Positions 26,507-35,068 of a stretch of 43,909 nt of DNA are shown here, piece by piece. Each line of letters opens with the position of its first letter. Positions within the stretch are counted from its first letter, which is position 1. Made by a program: the position numbers and the translations under genes. Under the pieces are notes generated by a model, which worked only from the letters and a program-made list of their open reading frames with translations, had not been told where the DNA came from and made no database searches. Where the stretch lies: positions 1 through 43,909 of the forward strand of contig JAUVHW010000003.1 of assembly GCA_030593075.1 (NCBI GenBank). The letters are read 5' to 3'. The DNA comes from Ardenticatenales bacterium. Its GTDB lineage: Bacteria > Chloroflexota > Anaerolineae > Promineifilales > UBA4811.

Positions 26507-27333
26507 CGAAAGCATGGTTCCGGGCCTACGTAAATGCGCGGCACAACGCGAAAGTTCAGCGGCTTCCCGCGCCGCTTTTTCGGTATTGGTTCAACATTCT
26601 GTGTTTTGCTGGCGAACTTGATGATGCAGGACGGCTGCCGGATGTAGATGAGTTGGCCTATGATCTGCGCGTATCACGAACAAAAGCTGAGCGCATTGTG
26701 ACGGACTTGGTAGCTGCGGGCCTCCTTGATCAGACTCGGAAAGGGCTCCGAGCGCACAATTGGAACAAGCGCCAGTACGTTTCAGACAACGTTACACAGC
26801 GCGTTCAGAAACACCGCAAGGGCGTTACCGGAAACGTTCCTGAAACGTTACATGGAACACCCCCAGAACAGAACAGAACAGAAACAGATCCAGAACAGAG
26901 CAGATCGGGTTCGGTGTCGTCGGAGATAGAATCTCCTCCTCCACCGGCGTCAGGCGCCGCCGTGCAGCGCTTTTACAAGGCGACGAAGGCGAACGAGCAG
27001 GTAGCGGCGCTCGTGGACTACGCCAGGCAGAACGGAGTGAAGCTAGATGGCGGCCGGGCCGCGGCGTGGGTGAGGGACCACCAGAAGACGGCCGTGATGA
27101 CGGCGCTGGCGGACGGGATAGCCCGCAACGCGGCGGGCCTTGAAGACTACGTGACGAAGGAGTTGAGCAATGCGAAGAGTGGGAGAGATACTAGCCGATG
27201 GGCAAAGCCCGAAGGGGCCAGGAATCCCGAAGGGGGGAGCCGCATCTACACTGCGGAGGAGTACGAAGAAGCCCAGCGAGAGGTACAAGCCTCTGGCGCT
27301 GGAGATGGGCCTAAAGCCCAGCCCGGGTCATAG
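26503..27333 (+). CDS. Phage replication initiator (lambda O/DnaD-like, N-terminal wHTH)
   Basis: WFRAY..KVQRL..WFNILC..LA..L..L...GLL..HNW.KRQ; internal iterons. Confidence 0.8.
   Translation: MTKAWFRAYVNARHNAKVQRLPAPLFRYWFNILCFAGELDDAGRLPDVDELAYDLRVSRTKAERIVTDLVAAGLLDQTRKGLRAHNWNKRQYVSDNVTQRVQKHRKGVTGNVPETLHGTPPEQNRTETDPEQSRSGSVSSEIESPPPPASGAAVQRFYKATKANEQVAALVDYARQNGVKLDGGRAAAWVRDHQKTAVMTALADGIARNAAGLEDYVTKELSNAKSGRDTSRWAKPEGARNPEGGSRIYTAEEYEEAQREVQASGAGDGPKAQPGS
26779..26904. repeat. Putative origin of replication (iterons inside initiator gene)
   Basis: AACGTTAC/GAAACGTT repeats at 26788, 26822, 26831, 26842, then (CAGAA)4 and variants. Confidence 0.7.
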
Positions 27334-27529
27334 GGGTTACTACTACCGCGAGGGAGAGCCGGAGACGCTGTACGACAGCATGGGCCAGGGAACGAACGAG
27401 CCGGAGTGCTGGACGTGCAAGGACCTGGGCTTCGTCAGCGTCAGGCCAATACACAGGGCCTCGAAGGGGGCCTGGGATAGCGACCTGGCGATGTGCCCGG
27501 AGCGATGCAGAGAGGAGGCCGGAGGGTGA
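27170..27529 (+). CDS. Protein with DnaC/DnaI-like Zn module (CxxCxDxG..C..C), no ATPase
   Basis: SD AAGGAG; overlaps initiator 3' end by 164 nt. Confidence 0.55.
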   Translation: MRRVGEILADGQSPKGPGIPKGGAASTLRRSTKKPSERYKPLALEMGLKPSPGHRGYYYREGEPETLYDSMGQGTNEPECWTCKDLGFVSVRPIHRASKGAWDSDLAMCPERCREEAGG

Positions 27530-27873
27530 GAGTGATAGTCTGCGGAGACCGGCGCTGGGAGAACTACGAAGCGATCTTGGGGCGCCTGCGGCAACTTCCC
27601 GAAGGCTCCGTCATCATCGAGGGTGAGGCGCAAGGCGCAGACAAGATGGCGCGGCGGGCAGCAGAGGAGCTGGGCCTTTCGTTCGCCTCGTATCCCGCCA
27701 ACTGGGACCGTTACGGTCGGGGCGCGGGAAGGATGCGAAACCGCCAGATGTTGCGGGACGGGCTGCCCGAGCTAGTGCTGGCTTTCCATGCCAGGCTGGA
27801 GGACAGCAAAGGGACGCTGAACATGGTTGCCATCTCGCTGCAGGCAGGCGTCGCCGTCGAGGTGATCGGATGA
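27526..27873 (+). CDS. SLOG-family protein (YspA/DUF2493-like)
   Basis: RVIVCGDR.W..IIEGEAQGAD..A.W..YGRGAG..RNRQML..SKGT. Confidence 0.85.
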   Translation: MRVIVCGDRRWENYEAILGRLRQLPEGSVIIEGEAQGADKMARRAAEELGLSFASYPANWDRYGRGAGRMRNRQMLRDGLPELVLAFHARLEDSKGTLNMVAISLQAGVAVEVIG

Positions 27874-28001
27874 GCGAGCAAGAGTACGTCTGCGCTGAGT
27901 GCGGCGAGAGCGTCAGCCTCGTGGTGTTCACCTGCGGGGAGTGCCGGCGGATGCTCTGCGGGCCGTGCTACCGGGAGTGCTGCGAGGAGGTGCGAGGGTG
28001 A
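27870..28001 (+). CDS. Cys-rich mini-protein (43 aa)
   Basis: CAEC, CGEC, CGPC; coupled on both sides. Confidence 0.55.
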   Translation: MSEQEYVCAECGESVSLVVFTCGECRRMLCGPCYRECCEEVRG

Positions 28002-28270
28002 GTGAGCCATTGTGGTGCAGCCTGTGCAACGACTGGATGACGGAGAAGGCGCTGACGATCTTGGTGGACACGGAGCCTCCGTCGAAGATAATCAACGTCC
28101 CGGGCCATGAATGCGAGGCGTGCGGGGAGCGGCTTTACAGCGGTGAAGTCTCGATTAAGTTGGATGACATTGGGGAACGCATCAGGGCTCGCAAGTTTGA
28201 CAGCGAGGTGACAGCGTACGTGTACAACTTCGATAAGCAACCCGCAAAGGAGGCCGGCGATGGTGAGTGA
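27998..28270 (+). CDS. YgiT/MqsA-type Zn-finger protein
   Basis: CSLC..IINVPGHECEACGERLYS. Confidence 0.7.
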   Translation: MSEPLWCSLCNDWMTEKALTILVDTEPPSKIINVPGHECEACGERLYSGEVSIKLDDIGERIRARKFDSEVTAYVYNFDKQPAKEAGDGE

Positions 28271-28523
28271 GAACACGAAGCAGCTAGCAGCGTCACTGGA
28301 CAACTCAGAGGAGTTACATGGCATCGACATCTACGCGATGGGCCCACTGTCTGCGTCGATATGCTCGCCGTTCGATGGGCCAGAGACGGAGCGGCGCTTC
28401 AACATGGCTAACTGCGGCGTGACCACCTGGCAGTTGTCGCGGGAACCGAAGTTCGCGGATGGCCTGCCTCAGCCGACGCCTTGCGAGAGGAGGGACGGAT
28501 GGACGCACTACCTGTTCGAGTGA
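28260..28523 (+). CDS. Hypothetical protein
   Basis: SD AAGGAGG; SIC..WQLS..F.DG..QP.PC..HYLF. Confidence 0.6.
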   Translation: MVSENTKQLAASLDNSEELHGIDIYAMGPLSASICSPFDGPETERRFNMANCGVTTWQLSREPKFADGLPQPTPCERRDGWTHYLFE

Positions 28524-28753
28524 GTGAGACGCAGCGGGCGGTGCTCAAGGCACTGGTGACTGGCGGCGAGATCATCCAGCCCAGAAATGGCTGGACTGCG
28601 TGGCTGAGCGTGAAGGGTCCGCGCTTCGGGGATCACGTGAGGCGTAGCACGTGGGCAGTGCTGTTACGCGAAGGCTACCTCGCGCCCTCGACGGGGACTA
28701 CGTGGTCGCGCCGCTACCGCCTCACCCCGGCAGGCCGGGATGTGGTGTCATGA
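28520..28753 (+). CDS. Winged-helix-like small protein
   Basis: SETQRAVL..L...GYL..YRLTPAGR. Confidence 0.55.
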   Translation: MSETQRAVLKALVTGGEIIQPRNGWTAWLSVKGPRFGDHVRRSTWAVLLREGYLAPSTGTTWSRRYRLTPAGRDVVS

Positions 28754-28932
28754 CGATGCCAGGAGGCCCGACAGCCAGAGAGCGTGCGGCAGCCAAGTGG
28801 TTCGGTGAGCAAGAGGCCAAGCGCGTAGGAGCCAAGCGCCTGTACCGGGAGCGCCTGAAGTGCCCGCAGTGTGGGCCGCAGATCAGGTTGGCGCTAGGCC
28901 TGGACGCGCTGGAGCAGGAGGTGGGCGAGTGA
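28750..28932 (+). CDS. Small hypothetical protein
   Basis: ATGA-coupled; CPQC. Confidence 0.5.
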   Translation: MTMPGGPTARERAAAKWFGEQEAKRVGAKRLYRERLKCPQCGPQIRLALGLDALEQEVGE

Positions 28933-29129
28933 TGGAGGAGCAAGCGATAGCATGCCTGTCATGTGGCGCGGCGGAGTTAATACGAGAGGATAGCCCACGC
29001 CTTCCAGGGGGCCACTGGCCTGCCTGGGAACCAGGCGTCGCGCCGTTTCCGTGCCCGAACTGCGACAAAGAAGGCGAGGTCTGGGTGGCTGAACCCCGGA
29101 TGAGCGAGGAAGCAGAGGCCCAGCCATGA
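28932..29129 (+). CDS. Small Zn-ribbon protein
   Basis: CLSC..CPNC. Confidence 0.55.
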   Translation: MEEQAIACLSCGAAELIREDSPRLPGGHWPAWEPGVAPFPCPNCDKEGEVWVAEPRMSEEAEAQP

Positions 29130-29317
29130 GCGAGTCCCCCGTAGCAGCCGCGTGCCGGCGGGTGCTGGCGCTGGAACAGACTGCCGCGTGGTGGTGCTCT
29201 AAGACGCCAGGTGCGCCGCCCTATACGATCCACAAGTTCGGCCGTCATGGGAAGATCTGCATGTTCTGTGGCGACGAGCGGCGCGGGGGGGCAGGGCAGG
29301 GCAGGCCGGCCTCGTAG
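29126..29317 (+). CDS. Small Zn-binding protein
   Basis: C..H..CMFCG. Confidence 0.5.
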   Translation: MSESPVAAACRRVLALEQTAAWWCSKTPGAPPYTIHKFGRHGKICMFCGDERRGGAGQGRPAS

Positions 29318-29388
29318 CGGCGTCCTGGCGGCGCTCAGGGCGTTTGCTACTTCTGGGTGGCGGATACCTCACCTTCCCCGCTCTCAGC

Positions 29389-29850
29389 CTACTCAGGGTC
29401 CTCTCCCACAATACGGCGGAGGGCACACTTATCGCACTGGCATTCTATCTGCTCAGCGTGCTCTGAGCCCTTGGCGGCAGCGATGGCGGCGGTAGCCCTG
29501 TTGAGTATGGCTTGCTCTCCAGCGCTGGGCTGCCCGCCGTTGCCGTACTCTAGGCTCATGCCCTCGGCGAGCCCTTGGAGTTCTGGCACCACCTCCTCCA
29601 GCGCGGCCAGCATGGTGGGGGCGGCGTTCAGTAGTCGAGCGTTGGCCTCGCGCTCACCTTCCAACGGCATACCTCCAGCCTTCTCATCGAGGCGCAATAA
29701 GGGAATGATGGCGATGGCGCTGTCCTCGTTCGGGCTGGCGTCATCCTGGCGGTAGATGATAGCTTGACCTTGGCTGGTGCCGCCTAGCCACCACTCGTCA
29801 CCGTAGTCATCGAACTGAATGCGCCACGGTCCTGGTGTGTGCTCAGCCAT
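29389..29850 (-). CDS. Phage protein of HTPGPW...ANARL..AAP type
   Basis: MAEHTPGPW; EANARLLNAAPTMLAALE. Confidence 0.8.
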   Translation of the reverse strand: MAEHTPGPWRIQFDDYGDEWWLGGTSQGQAIIYRQDDASPNEDSAIAIIPLLRLDEKAGGMPLEGEREANARLLNAAPTMLAALEEVVPELQGLAEGMSLEYGNGGQPSAGEQAILNRATAAIAAAKGSEHAEQIECQCDKCALRRIVGEDPE

Positions 29851-29989
29851 GAATGCGTCCCTCCAGCTCGCGCTTGATAAGCAGCAGCAGCCAGGCGGAG
29901 ACCGAGAGGCCGGCCGACTGCGCGGCCTCGCGGATCTTGCGGTCTAGCGCTGCGTCCGAGTACGTGGCGGTGGCGTTGTATTGCGGCAT
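29843..29989 (-). CDS. 48-aa ribbon-helix-helix-like DNA-binding protein
   Basis: SD AAAGGAG; MPQYNATATYSDAALDRKIREAAQSAGLSVSAWLLLLIKRELEG; not in ORF track. Confidence 0.65.
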   Translation of the reverse strand: MPQYNATATYSDAALDRKIREAAQSAGLSVSAWLLLLIKRELEGRIHG

Positions 29990-30006
29990 CTAGGACTCCT
30001 TTCGCT

Positions 30007-30018
30007 GGGGGGGGGGGG
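30007..30018. repeat. G12 homopolymer, intergenic
   Basis: 12 consecutive G just upstream of the RHH gene SD. Confidence 0.9.
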
Positions 30019-30041
30019 TACTTTGCACCCCTCACGGGTGG

Positions 30042-30290
30042 CTAGGCGGTGCGAGTGGTCTTCAGCCGCTCCGACGCGTACCCTGCGAAGTCCTTATGGG
30101 CCAACTTCCGCAGGCAGTTCTGGCAGGTAGGCCGTGCGCCCGGCGCGGCGAGTGTCGCGTAGGACGGGTTCGGGTGTTCATAGACGCCAGACCCCGGGCG
30201 GTCAACGAAGTGGGTGCGCTTGTAGCAGGCTGTCATGTTGGGCTGCTCGCCCTGGCTGTGGGTCTTAGCGTTGGGGTTCCGGGTAGTCAC
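30042..30290 (-). CDS. Small Zn-binding protein (H..TAC..TCQNC)
   Basis: SD TAGGAG, GTG start. Confidence 0.65.
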   Translation of the reverse strand: MTTRNPNAKTHSQGEQPNMTACYKRTHFVDRPGSGVYEHPNPSYATLAAPGARPTCQNCLRKLAHKDFAGYASERLKTTRTA

Positions 30291-30333
30291 TTATTTGCAC
30301 TCCTATCTATCCGCGCTCTCTATCTGTACCCCT

Positions 30334-30363
30334 AGCATAGCTCAGCCTAGGGTAGCGTGTATA
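30334..30363 (-). promoter_or_regulatory. Possible leftward promoter
   Basis: TATACA-N18-TATGCT on minus strand. Confidence 0.4.
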
Positions 30364-30402
30364 CTGCCATATGGCCCCCAAAGAGGGGCCGAACGGCAGG
30401 TC

Positions 30403-30431
30403 TTGACGGCACAGCCGTTCTGGTGTAACGT
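30403..30431 (+). promoter_or_regulatory. Possible rightward promoter for the packaging module
   Basis: TTGACG-N17-TAACGT. Confidence 0.5.
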
Positions 30432-30463
30432 ATTGACAGCATAGTTATCCTCTCAAAACTAAC

Positions 30464-30904
30464 TTGCGCAAGCGTAAGAAGCGAAAGCAGACAACAAGAC
30501 TGTACGACGAAAGCCACCCAGGCCCCGTCATGGTCACCAACAACGACGGCACCAAGCACACTGAACCCCCAGAGCTGAAGCCCCGCTCGAAACACCCCTG
30601 GCGCTACAGCCTCAGAGACGCACCGGAGATCTCCTACACCGAGAAGGCACGTACCGACTTCGCAGCCTTCCTGCGCTTCTACCAGCCGACTTGCCAGCCT
30701 GCGTTCAGAGAGCTGCACCCCGGACAACTCGCAGTCCTCCAGGTGCTAGAGGACAACGACAGCATCGAGGCAGAGCACCACTACGTAGGCGCCGATGAGC
30801 CGATGGGGCCATGTCAGCTTGGCGACCTGCCGCTCTGCGAGAGTGAACTGGAGCGGCGAGAGTGGGACCGCCTACAGCGCCGCATCAAGGCCCTAGATGC
30901 CTAA
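30464..30904 (+). CDS. Hypothetical protein
   Basis: Intact ORF overlapping terS start; start uncertain. Confidence 0.6.
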   Translation: MRKRKKRKQTTRLYDESHPGPVMVTNNDGTKHTEPPELKPRSKHPWRYSLRDAPEISYTEKARTDFAAFLRFYQPTCQPAFRELHPGQLAVLQVLEDNDSIEAEHHYVGADEPMGPCQLGDLPLCESELERREWDRLQRRIKALDA

Positions 30905-31400
30905 GCTCCTGCTCCGGCCTACGATACCCCGGCCAGACGACCCAGAGCTGCTGGCGACCTACACCGAGTCTATCGCCCTAGGCCTACCGCTCACCGTCGC
31001 CGCTACCAACGCTCGTATCCACGACCAGACCGCAAGGGACTGGATGAACAAGGGCGAAGCAGAGATGGAAGCCAACAGCGACGACGCACACTGGGAACCT
31101 AGTCCCCATGCTGCGTTTGCTTGGGCCGTGAAGCAAGCCGAAGCCCGTTTCGTGACTGAGAATGTTGGCGTGGTGGCTGCTGATAGAGACGCGAGCCCGG
31201 TAGGCAAGCGCTGGATCTCAGCCATGACGCTCCTAGAGCGCCGTAGGCCGCGGGACTTCGGCAGACAGCAGTACGTGGACATCAAGGAGGAGCGCACGCT
31301 CACACTCAAGCTTGAGCTCCCACCCGGCGCTGTGGCCGCACTCTCCCGGACCCTGAACAACACCAAGCTCCTGGCGGCACCGAGCGAGGAGCAGGACTAG
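30897..31400 (+). CDS. Putative terminase small subunit
   Basis: HTH (AATNARIHDQTARDW), F..AVKQAEA, W..AMTLLERR.P.DFG; upstream of terL. Confidence 0.65.
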   Translation: MPKLLLRPTIPRPDDPELLATYTESIALGLPLTVAATNARIHDQTARDWMNKGEAEMEANSDDAHWEPSPHAAFAWAVKQAEARFVTENVGVVAADRDASPVGKRWISAMTLLERRRPRDFGRQQYVDIKEERTLTLKLELPPGAVAALSRTLNNTKLLAAPSEEQD

Positions 31401-31401
31401 C

Positions 31402-31515
31402 GTGGAGATCTCGGTGTTCCAGCTGTTCGGGCTACTGGCGGCTGGTGCCCTGATAGGCTGGGGGGCCAACGACCTGGTGACTTGGTGGATAGCCAAGGAA
31501 CTGAGTAATAAGTAA
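31402..31515 (+). CDS. Small membrane peptide (37 aa)
   Basis: GTG start, single TM. Confidence 0.4.
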   Translation: MEISVFQLFGLLAAGALIGWGANDLVTWWIAKELSNK

Positions 31516-31614
31516 CCATAAGATACATAGTGCGATCATCCCCAGACTCGCTTGTGACGTATAGCCATAGCCGATGGCCCAGAGAGGGTATCCCCCATCA
31601 GCCTTATCAATGCA

Positions 31615-31649
31615 CCAGGGGGGTTGCCGAAGCAACAAGGCCCCCCTGG
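31615..31649. repeat. Inverted repeat in the non-coding gap after terS
   Basis: CCAGGGGGG...CCCCCCTGG around TTGC-CGAA-GCAA. Confidence 0.7.
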
Positions 31650-31849
31650 GGTGTGCTAACAGAAGGTGGGGGTACGGCGGCTGTGGCTGAGTTTGGTCCC
31701 GGCTCGCTAGATGTAGAGTGTGGGACTTACTTCCAGCGGAATATCCGCCAACCGTAAAAAGGGGATTCGCCTTGACCGTGGGTATATGCTACACTGAGAG
31801 CGGCAGCACCGTAAGTTCGGTCTGCCGCGTGACACCAGGAGAAAACCTG

Positions 31850-32299
31850 ATGTGCTCTAAGTGTACCCACCATACGCGAACAGTGGAAGAGCGGTTCTGG
31901 GAAAAAGTCGGACCCAGTGGTACTGCGGACTGCTGGCCCTGGACGGGGGGTGTAAACAGCCAGGGCTACAGCGCCCTCCGCGTCGGTAAGATGAAGGTCT
32001 ATGCCCACCGCTGGATCTACGCGCACTGGTTCGGGTCCATTCCTGCGGGGCTCACAATCGACCACCTGTGCCGAAAGCGCACCTGCGTCAATCCTACCCA
32101 CATGGAGGTTGTGACTCGGGGCGAGAACGTCTTGCGCGGAATCAGTATTTTCGCCCAGAATGCCCGGAAAACCCACTGCCTCCGGGGGCACCCATTTGAC
32201 GAAGCCAATACGCGCCTGGTCAGGAAAGGCCGGCAATGTCGCATCTGCGCAGAGAGGGCTTGGCGGAAGCGTTATGCTGCCACGAAGGCGTTGCCCTAA
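31850..32299 (+). CDS. HNH endonuclease (paralogue of 16618-17055)
   Basis: RFWEKV..CWPW..AHR..IDHLCR..CVNP.H..THCLRGH..CRIC; extended -10 TGCTACACT at 31787-31795. Confidence 0.9.
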   Translation: MCSKCTHHTRTVEERFWEKVGPSGTADCWPWTGGVNSQGYSALRVGKMKVYAHRWIYAHWFGSIPAGLTIDHLCRKRTCVNPTHMEVVTRGENVLRGISIFAQNARKTHCLRGHPFDEANTRLVRKGRQCRICAERAWRKRYAATKALP

Positions 32300-32550
32300 T
32301 GCCTGCTGAGCAGAGTCCAGAGGAGCCTGAGATGCGCATATTTGGTCCGTTCGACTTCGGGCCCACCCAGCCGTTCCAGCCGCAGAACGCTTTGCCGCCG
32401 GGGTTTCATCCAGGCTGGCCTCCAGGTTTCAGTCCGCTACCCCACGGCATAGAAGCCTGGCTTGCGCCGTTCGTAGACCTCGCCCGAATATACCAGGCGG
32501 AGGGTTGGGAAAAGGCGGAGGAGTGGCTGGAGAGGGGGCCTGATGCCTGA
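32299..32550 (+). CDS. Pro-rich hypothetical protein
   Basis: TAATG-coupled. Confidence 0.5.
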   Translation: MPAEQSPEEPEMRIFGPFDFGPTQPFQPQNALPPGFHPGWPPGFSPLPHGIEAWLAPFVDLARIYQAEGWEKAEEWLERGPDA

Positions 32551-32785
32551 GCAGATCACCAACAGCCCGCCGCAGTTCTGGGCGAAGTTTCGGAGGCGGC
32601 GACTGCGTTCCTCAGAGTACTACCAAGATGCGGGCCTGCGGCTCGTCAACCGCTGGCGATGGCGCAACGACTGGCCTGCAGTAGAGGCTATCCGCGTGTA
32701 CGTGGAGCCAGATGGCCTCGGTGGCGGCGAGGTGGATGTCGCCTGCCGCGTCTGGGGCAAGAAGTTCCTGAGCCATGCTAGCTAG
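32543..32785 (+). CDS. Hypothetical protein
   Basis: Coupled ORF. Confidence 0.55.
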   Translation: MPEQITNSPPQFWAKFRRRRLRSSEYYQDAGLRLVNRWRWRNDWPAVEAIRVYVEPDGLGGGEVDVACRVWGKKFLSHAS

Positions 32786-33029
32786 GCTGCGCCGAGCGTG
32801 GGCTGCGTTCCGGGCGGAGCCGCCTTCGGCGCAGGGCTGGCTAGCACGCCACCAGAACGAAGTCTACGGGGCATACGCGGGGAAGTGGGTGGCAATTGGC
32901 CGCTTCGGCGTTGTTGCTGCGTCGGTGGACTTCGATGAGATCTATCGGCGGTCGAAGCGGGCCGGGCTTCGTGATCCGGTGGTGTTCAAGGTACCTACAC
33001 AAGACGGCCTACGGCGACGCCATGCCTAG
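32775..33029 (+). CDS. DUF5678-like protein
   Basis: YAGKWVAI....VVA.S.D..E......G...PVVFKVP. Confidence 0.6.
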   Translation: MLARLRRAWAAFRAEPPSAQGWLARHQNEVYGAYAGKWVAIGRFGVVAASVDFDEIYRRSKRAGLRDPVVFKVPTQDGLRRRHA

Positions 33030-33246
33030 GCGCTACCGTCGCTGGCCGATGTGGGCGCTGAACTTGTACCCGGAGCTGGAAGATACGCCGGTACCTCGTA
33101 GCCTCAAACCGCGCGCCCGGACTGAGCTGTGGGAGGGGCGGCAAATCATCCTCGATGCGCAACTATTCATCTGGGACGGCAAGAAGTGGGACGAATTGCT
33201 CGCAAGGCCGCTGGAAACGCCCCGTGAGTACGAGGGCTTCCCATGA
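33022..33246 (+). CDS. Hypothetical protein
   Basis: Coupled to terL (ATGA). Confidence 0.55.
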   Translation: MPRRYRRWPMWALNLYPELEDTPVPRSLKPRARTELWEGRQIILDAQLFIWDGKKWDELLARPLETPREYEGFP

Positions 33247-34760
33247 CCGCCTTCAAGCGCCTGTCCAAGGACGCGCAGGACCTCGTGCTGATGGCCCGGC
33301 AGCACTTCGGCGTCTACTGCCTGGTGGCGCAGGACACCGACATGAAACACATTGCTGACGGCAAGGCCGCTCTCACGAAGCACCACGAGGTCATGGCGGA
33401 GGCGCTGGTGGACGACAAGCTCGGCCACACGCTCATCCTAGCGCCCCGCGGCAGCGCGAAGACGACGCTTGTGCAGTATTGGTTGGAGTGGAAGCTGGGG
33501 CGGGCTAAGGAGGAGATGGGTGACGGCTGGGAAAACAGGTTCCGCGCCATCTACATCTCAGCGACTGCAGCGCAGGCGTATAAGGTGTCGAACGCCATCA
33601 AGGCTACGATCGAGCACAACGAGTGGTACAAGCTGATCTTTCCTCAGGTGAAGCAGGACAAGAGCAAATGGGCTGAGCCGGAGTGGAAGGTGAAAGGGAA
33701 CCGCATCAAGGACTCGACGTTTCTGGCTGTGGGGCGCAATGGGCCGGTGCTGGGCGCCCGCGGGACTATCGTGGTGCTGGACGATATTGTGGACCAGGAC
33801 GTGCGGAAGTCCCAGAAGGAGCGCGACGACACGATCTTCTGGCTCGACAACACCGTGATGAAGGTGATGGTACCCGGCGGTCGGTTCGTCATGGCCGCGA
33901 CGCGCTGGTACGAGGACGACCCGCCGCAGTGGGCGATGGATCGCGAGTGGCACACCGTTCTGCTTAAGGCGATCACTGTGGCGGAAGGCACGGAGGAGGA
34001 GGTGTCCTTCTGGCCCGAGCGGTTCCCGATGCGGGACTTGCTCAAGGAGCAGAAGGCGGCGCCGATGTCCTTCGCGCTCCAGATGCAGAACGAGATCGTG
34101 CCCTACGCGGGCATCGTCTTCCAGCGCGAGTGGTACAGCAACCGCTTCGACCACGTGCCGCCACCAGAGGAGATCCGCCATGTCTTCGCTACTTGGGATA
34201 CAGCAGGAACTCTTACGGGCCGGTCGTACACTGTCGGCCTTGTCGTCGTTGTTACGCGAGAATGGGATTACTACATCCTCCATCAGTTTCGTGGCAAAGT
34301 GGAGTACCCAGACCTCAAAAGAGTCATCCGTGAAACGGCTAAGCGCTGGCGAGTTTCAGCGTCGGTTATCGAGGCTAAAGCCACCGGCCAGCCCGTCCTC
34401 CAGGAGCTAGCCCAGGAGGGCCTGCGCGTGGTGCCCATCCTGCCCCCAGGACAGCGCGGCGGGCCGGGGCACTTCGAATGGGTGGAGCAGGTAACGATCC
34501 CCTGCGAGGAGCGGCGGGTGTGGCTCCCCAGCTCGGACTTCCTGCGCCGGCACAACGTCGAGGACTGGACCGATACGTTTATCAATGAAATGTTGGCGTA
34601 TCCCGAAGGATCGACGGACGATATCGTGGTGGCGCTCACCCAGCTTCTGTTCCACGTCGAGCGCGAGAAGCCGCAGTGGGACGCGGAGGACGCCTACGCC
34701 CTGGAGCCGCCCATGCGCTACGCAACGCTGCCGAGCGGCGAGAAGAAGGTGGCGGTTTGA
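33243..34760 (+). CDS. terL: Terminase large subunit
   Basis: Walker A APRGSAKTT, Walker B IVVLDD, ATRW, nuclease ATWDTA..IEAK..DDIV. Confidence 0.95.
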   Translation: MTAFKRLSKDAQDLVLMARQHFGVYCLVAQDTDMKHIADGKAALTKHHEVMAEALVDDKLGHTLILAPRGSAKTTLVQYWLEWKLGRAKEEMGDGWENRFRAIYISATAAQAYKVSNAIKATIEHNEWYKLIFPQVKQDKSKWAEPEWKVKGNRIKDSTFLAVGRNGPVLGARGTIVVLDDIVDQDVRKSQKERDDTIFWLDNTVMKVMVPGGRFVMAATRWYEDDPPQWAMDREWHTVLLKAITVAEGTEEEVSFWPERFPMRDLLKEQKAAPMSFALQMQNEIVPYAGIVFQREWYSNRFDHVPPPEEIRHVFATWDTAGTLTGRSYTVGLVVVVTREWDYYILHQFRGKVEYPDLKRVIRETAKRWRVSASVIEAKATGQPVLQELAQEGLRVVPILPPGQRGGPGHFEWVEQVTIPCEERRVWLPSSDFLRRHNVEDWTDTFINEMLAYPEGSTDDIVVALTQLLFHVEREKPQWDAEDAYALEPPMRYATLPSGEKKVAV

Positions 34761-35068
34761 AGCTACACGTATATTATCCATCTGGTCAGCACTTCCACCT
34801 AAGCGGGACGTGGAAGGGGCCAGGGCGCGTAAAGGACGAACCCGTGCTACTGTTCGTGCCAGATGCCGATGCCAAGGGGCCTTGGGCTGCCGTGCCGGGC
34901 ATGATCTTCCTAGACCCGCGAGCGGTCTGCGTCGATGAAGATACCGGTCTCGCGGTGTTTGACTCCCGGTCTTTCTACGAAGGGACGGAGGGTTGGGTAG
35001 CGGAATGGCTGGATGGGCACCCTGAGTGGCCAGCCATCCTGGAGGTTAAATACTGGCCCGATGACTGA
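34757..35068 (+). CDS. Hypothetical protein
   Basis: TTG start overlapping terL stop. Confidence 0.55.
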   Translation: MKLHVYYPSGQHFHLSGTWKGPGRVKDEPVLLFVPDADAKGPWAAVPGMIFLDPRAVCVDEDTGLAVFDSRSFYEGTEGWVAEWLDGHPEWPAILEVKYWPDD

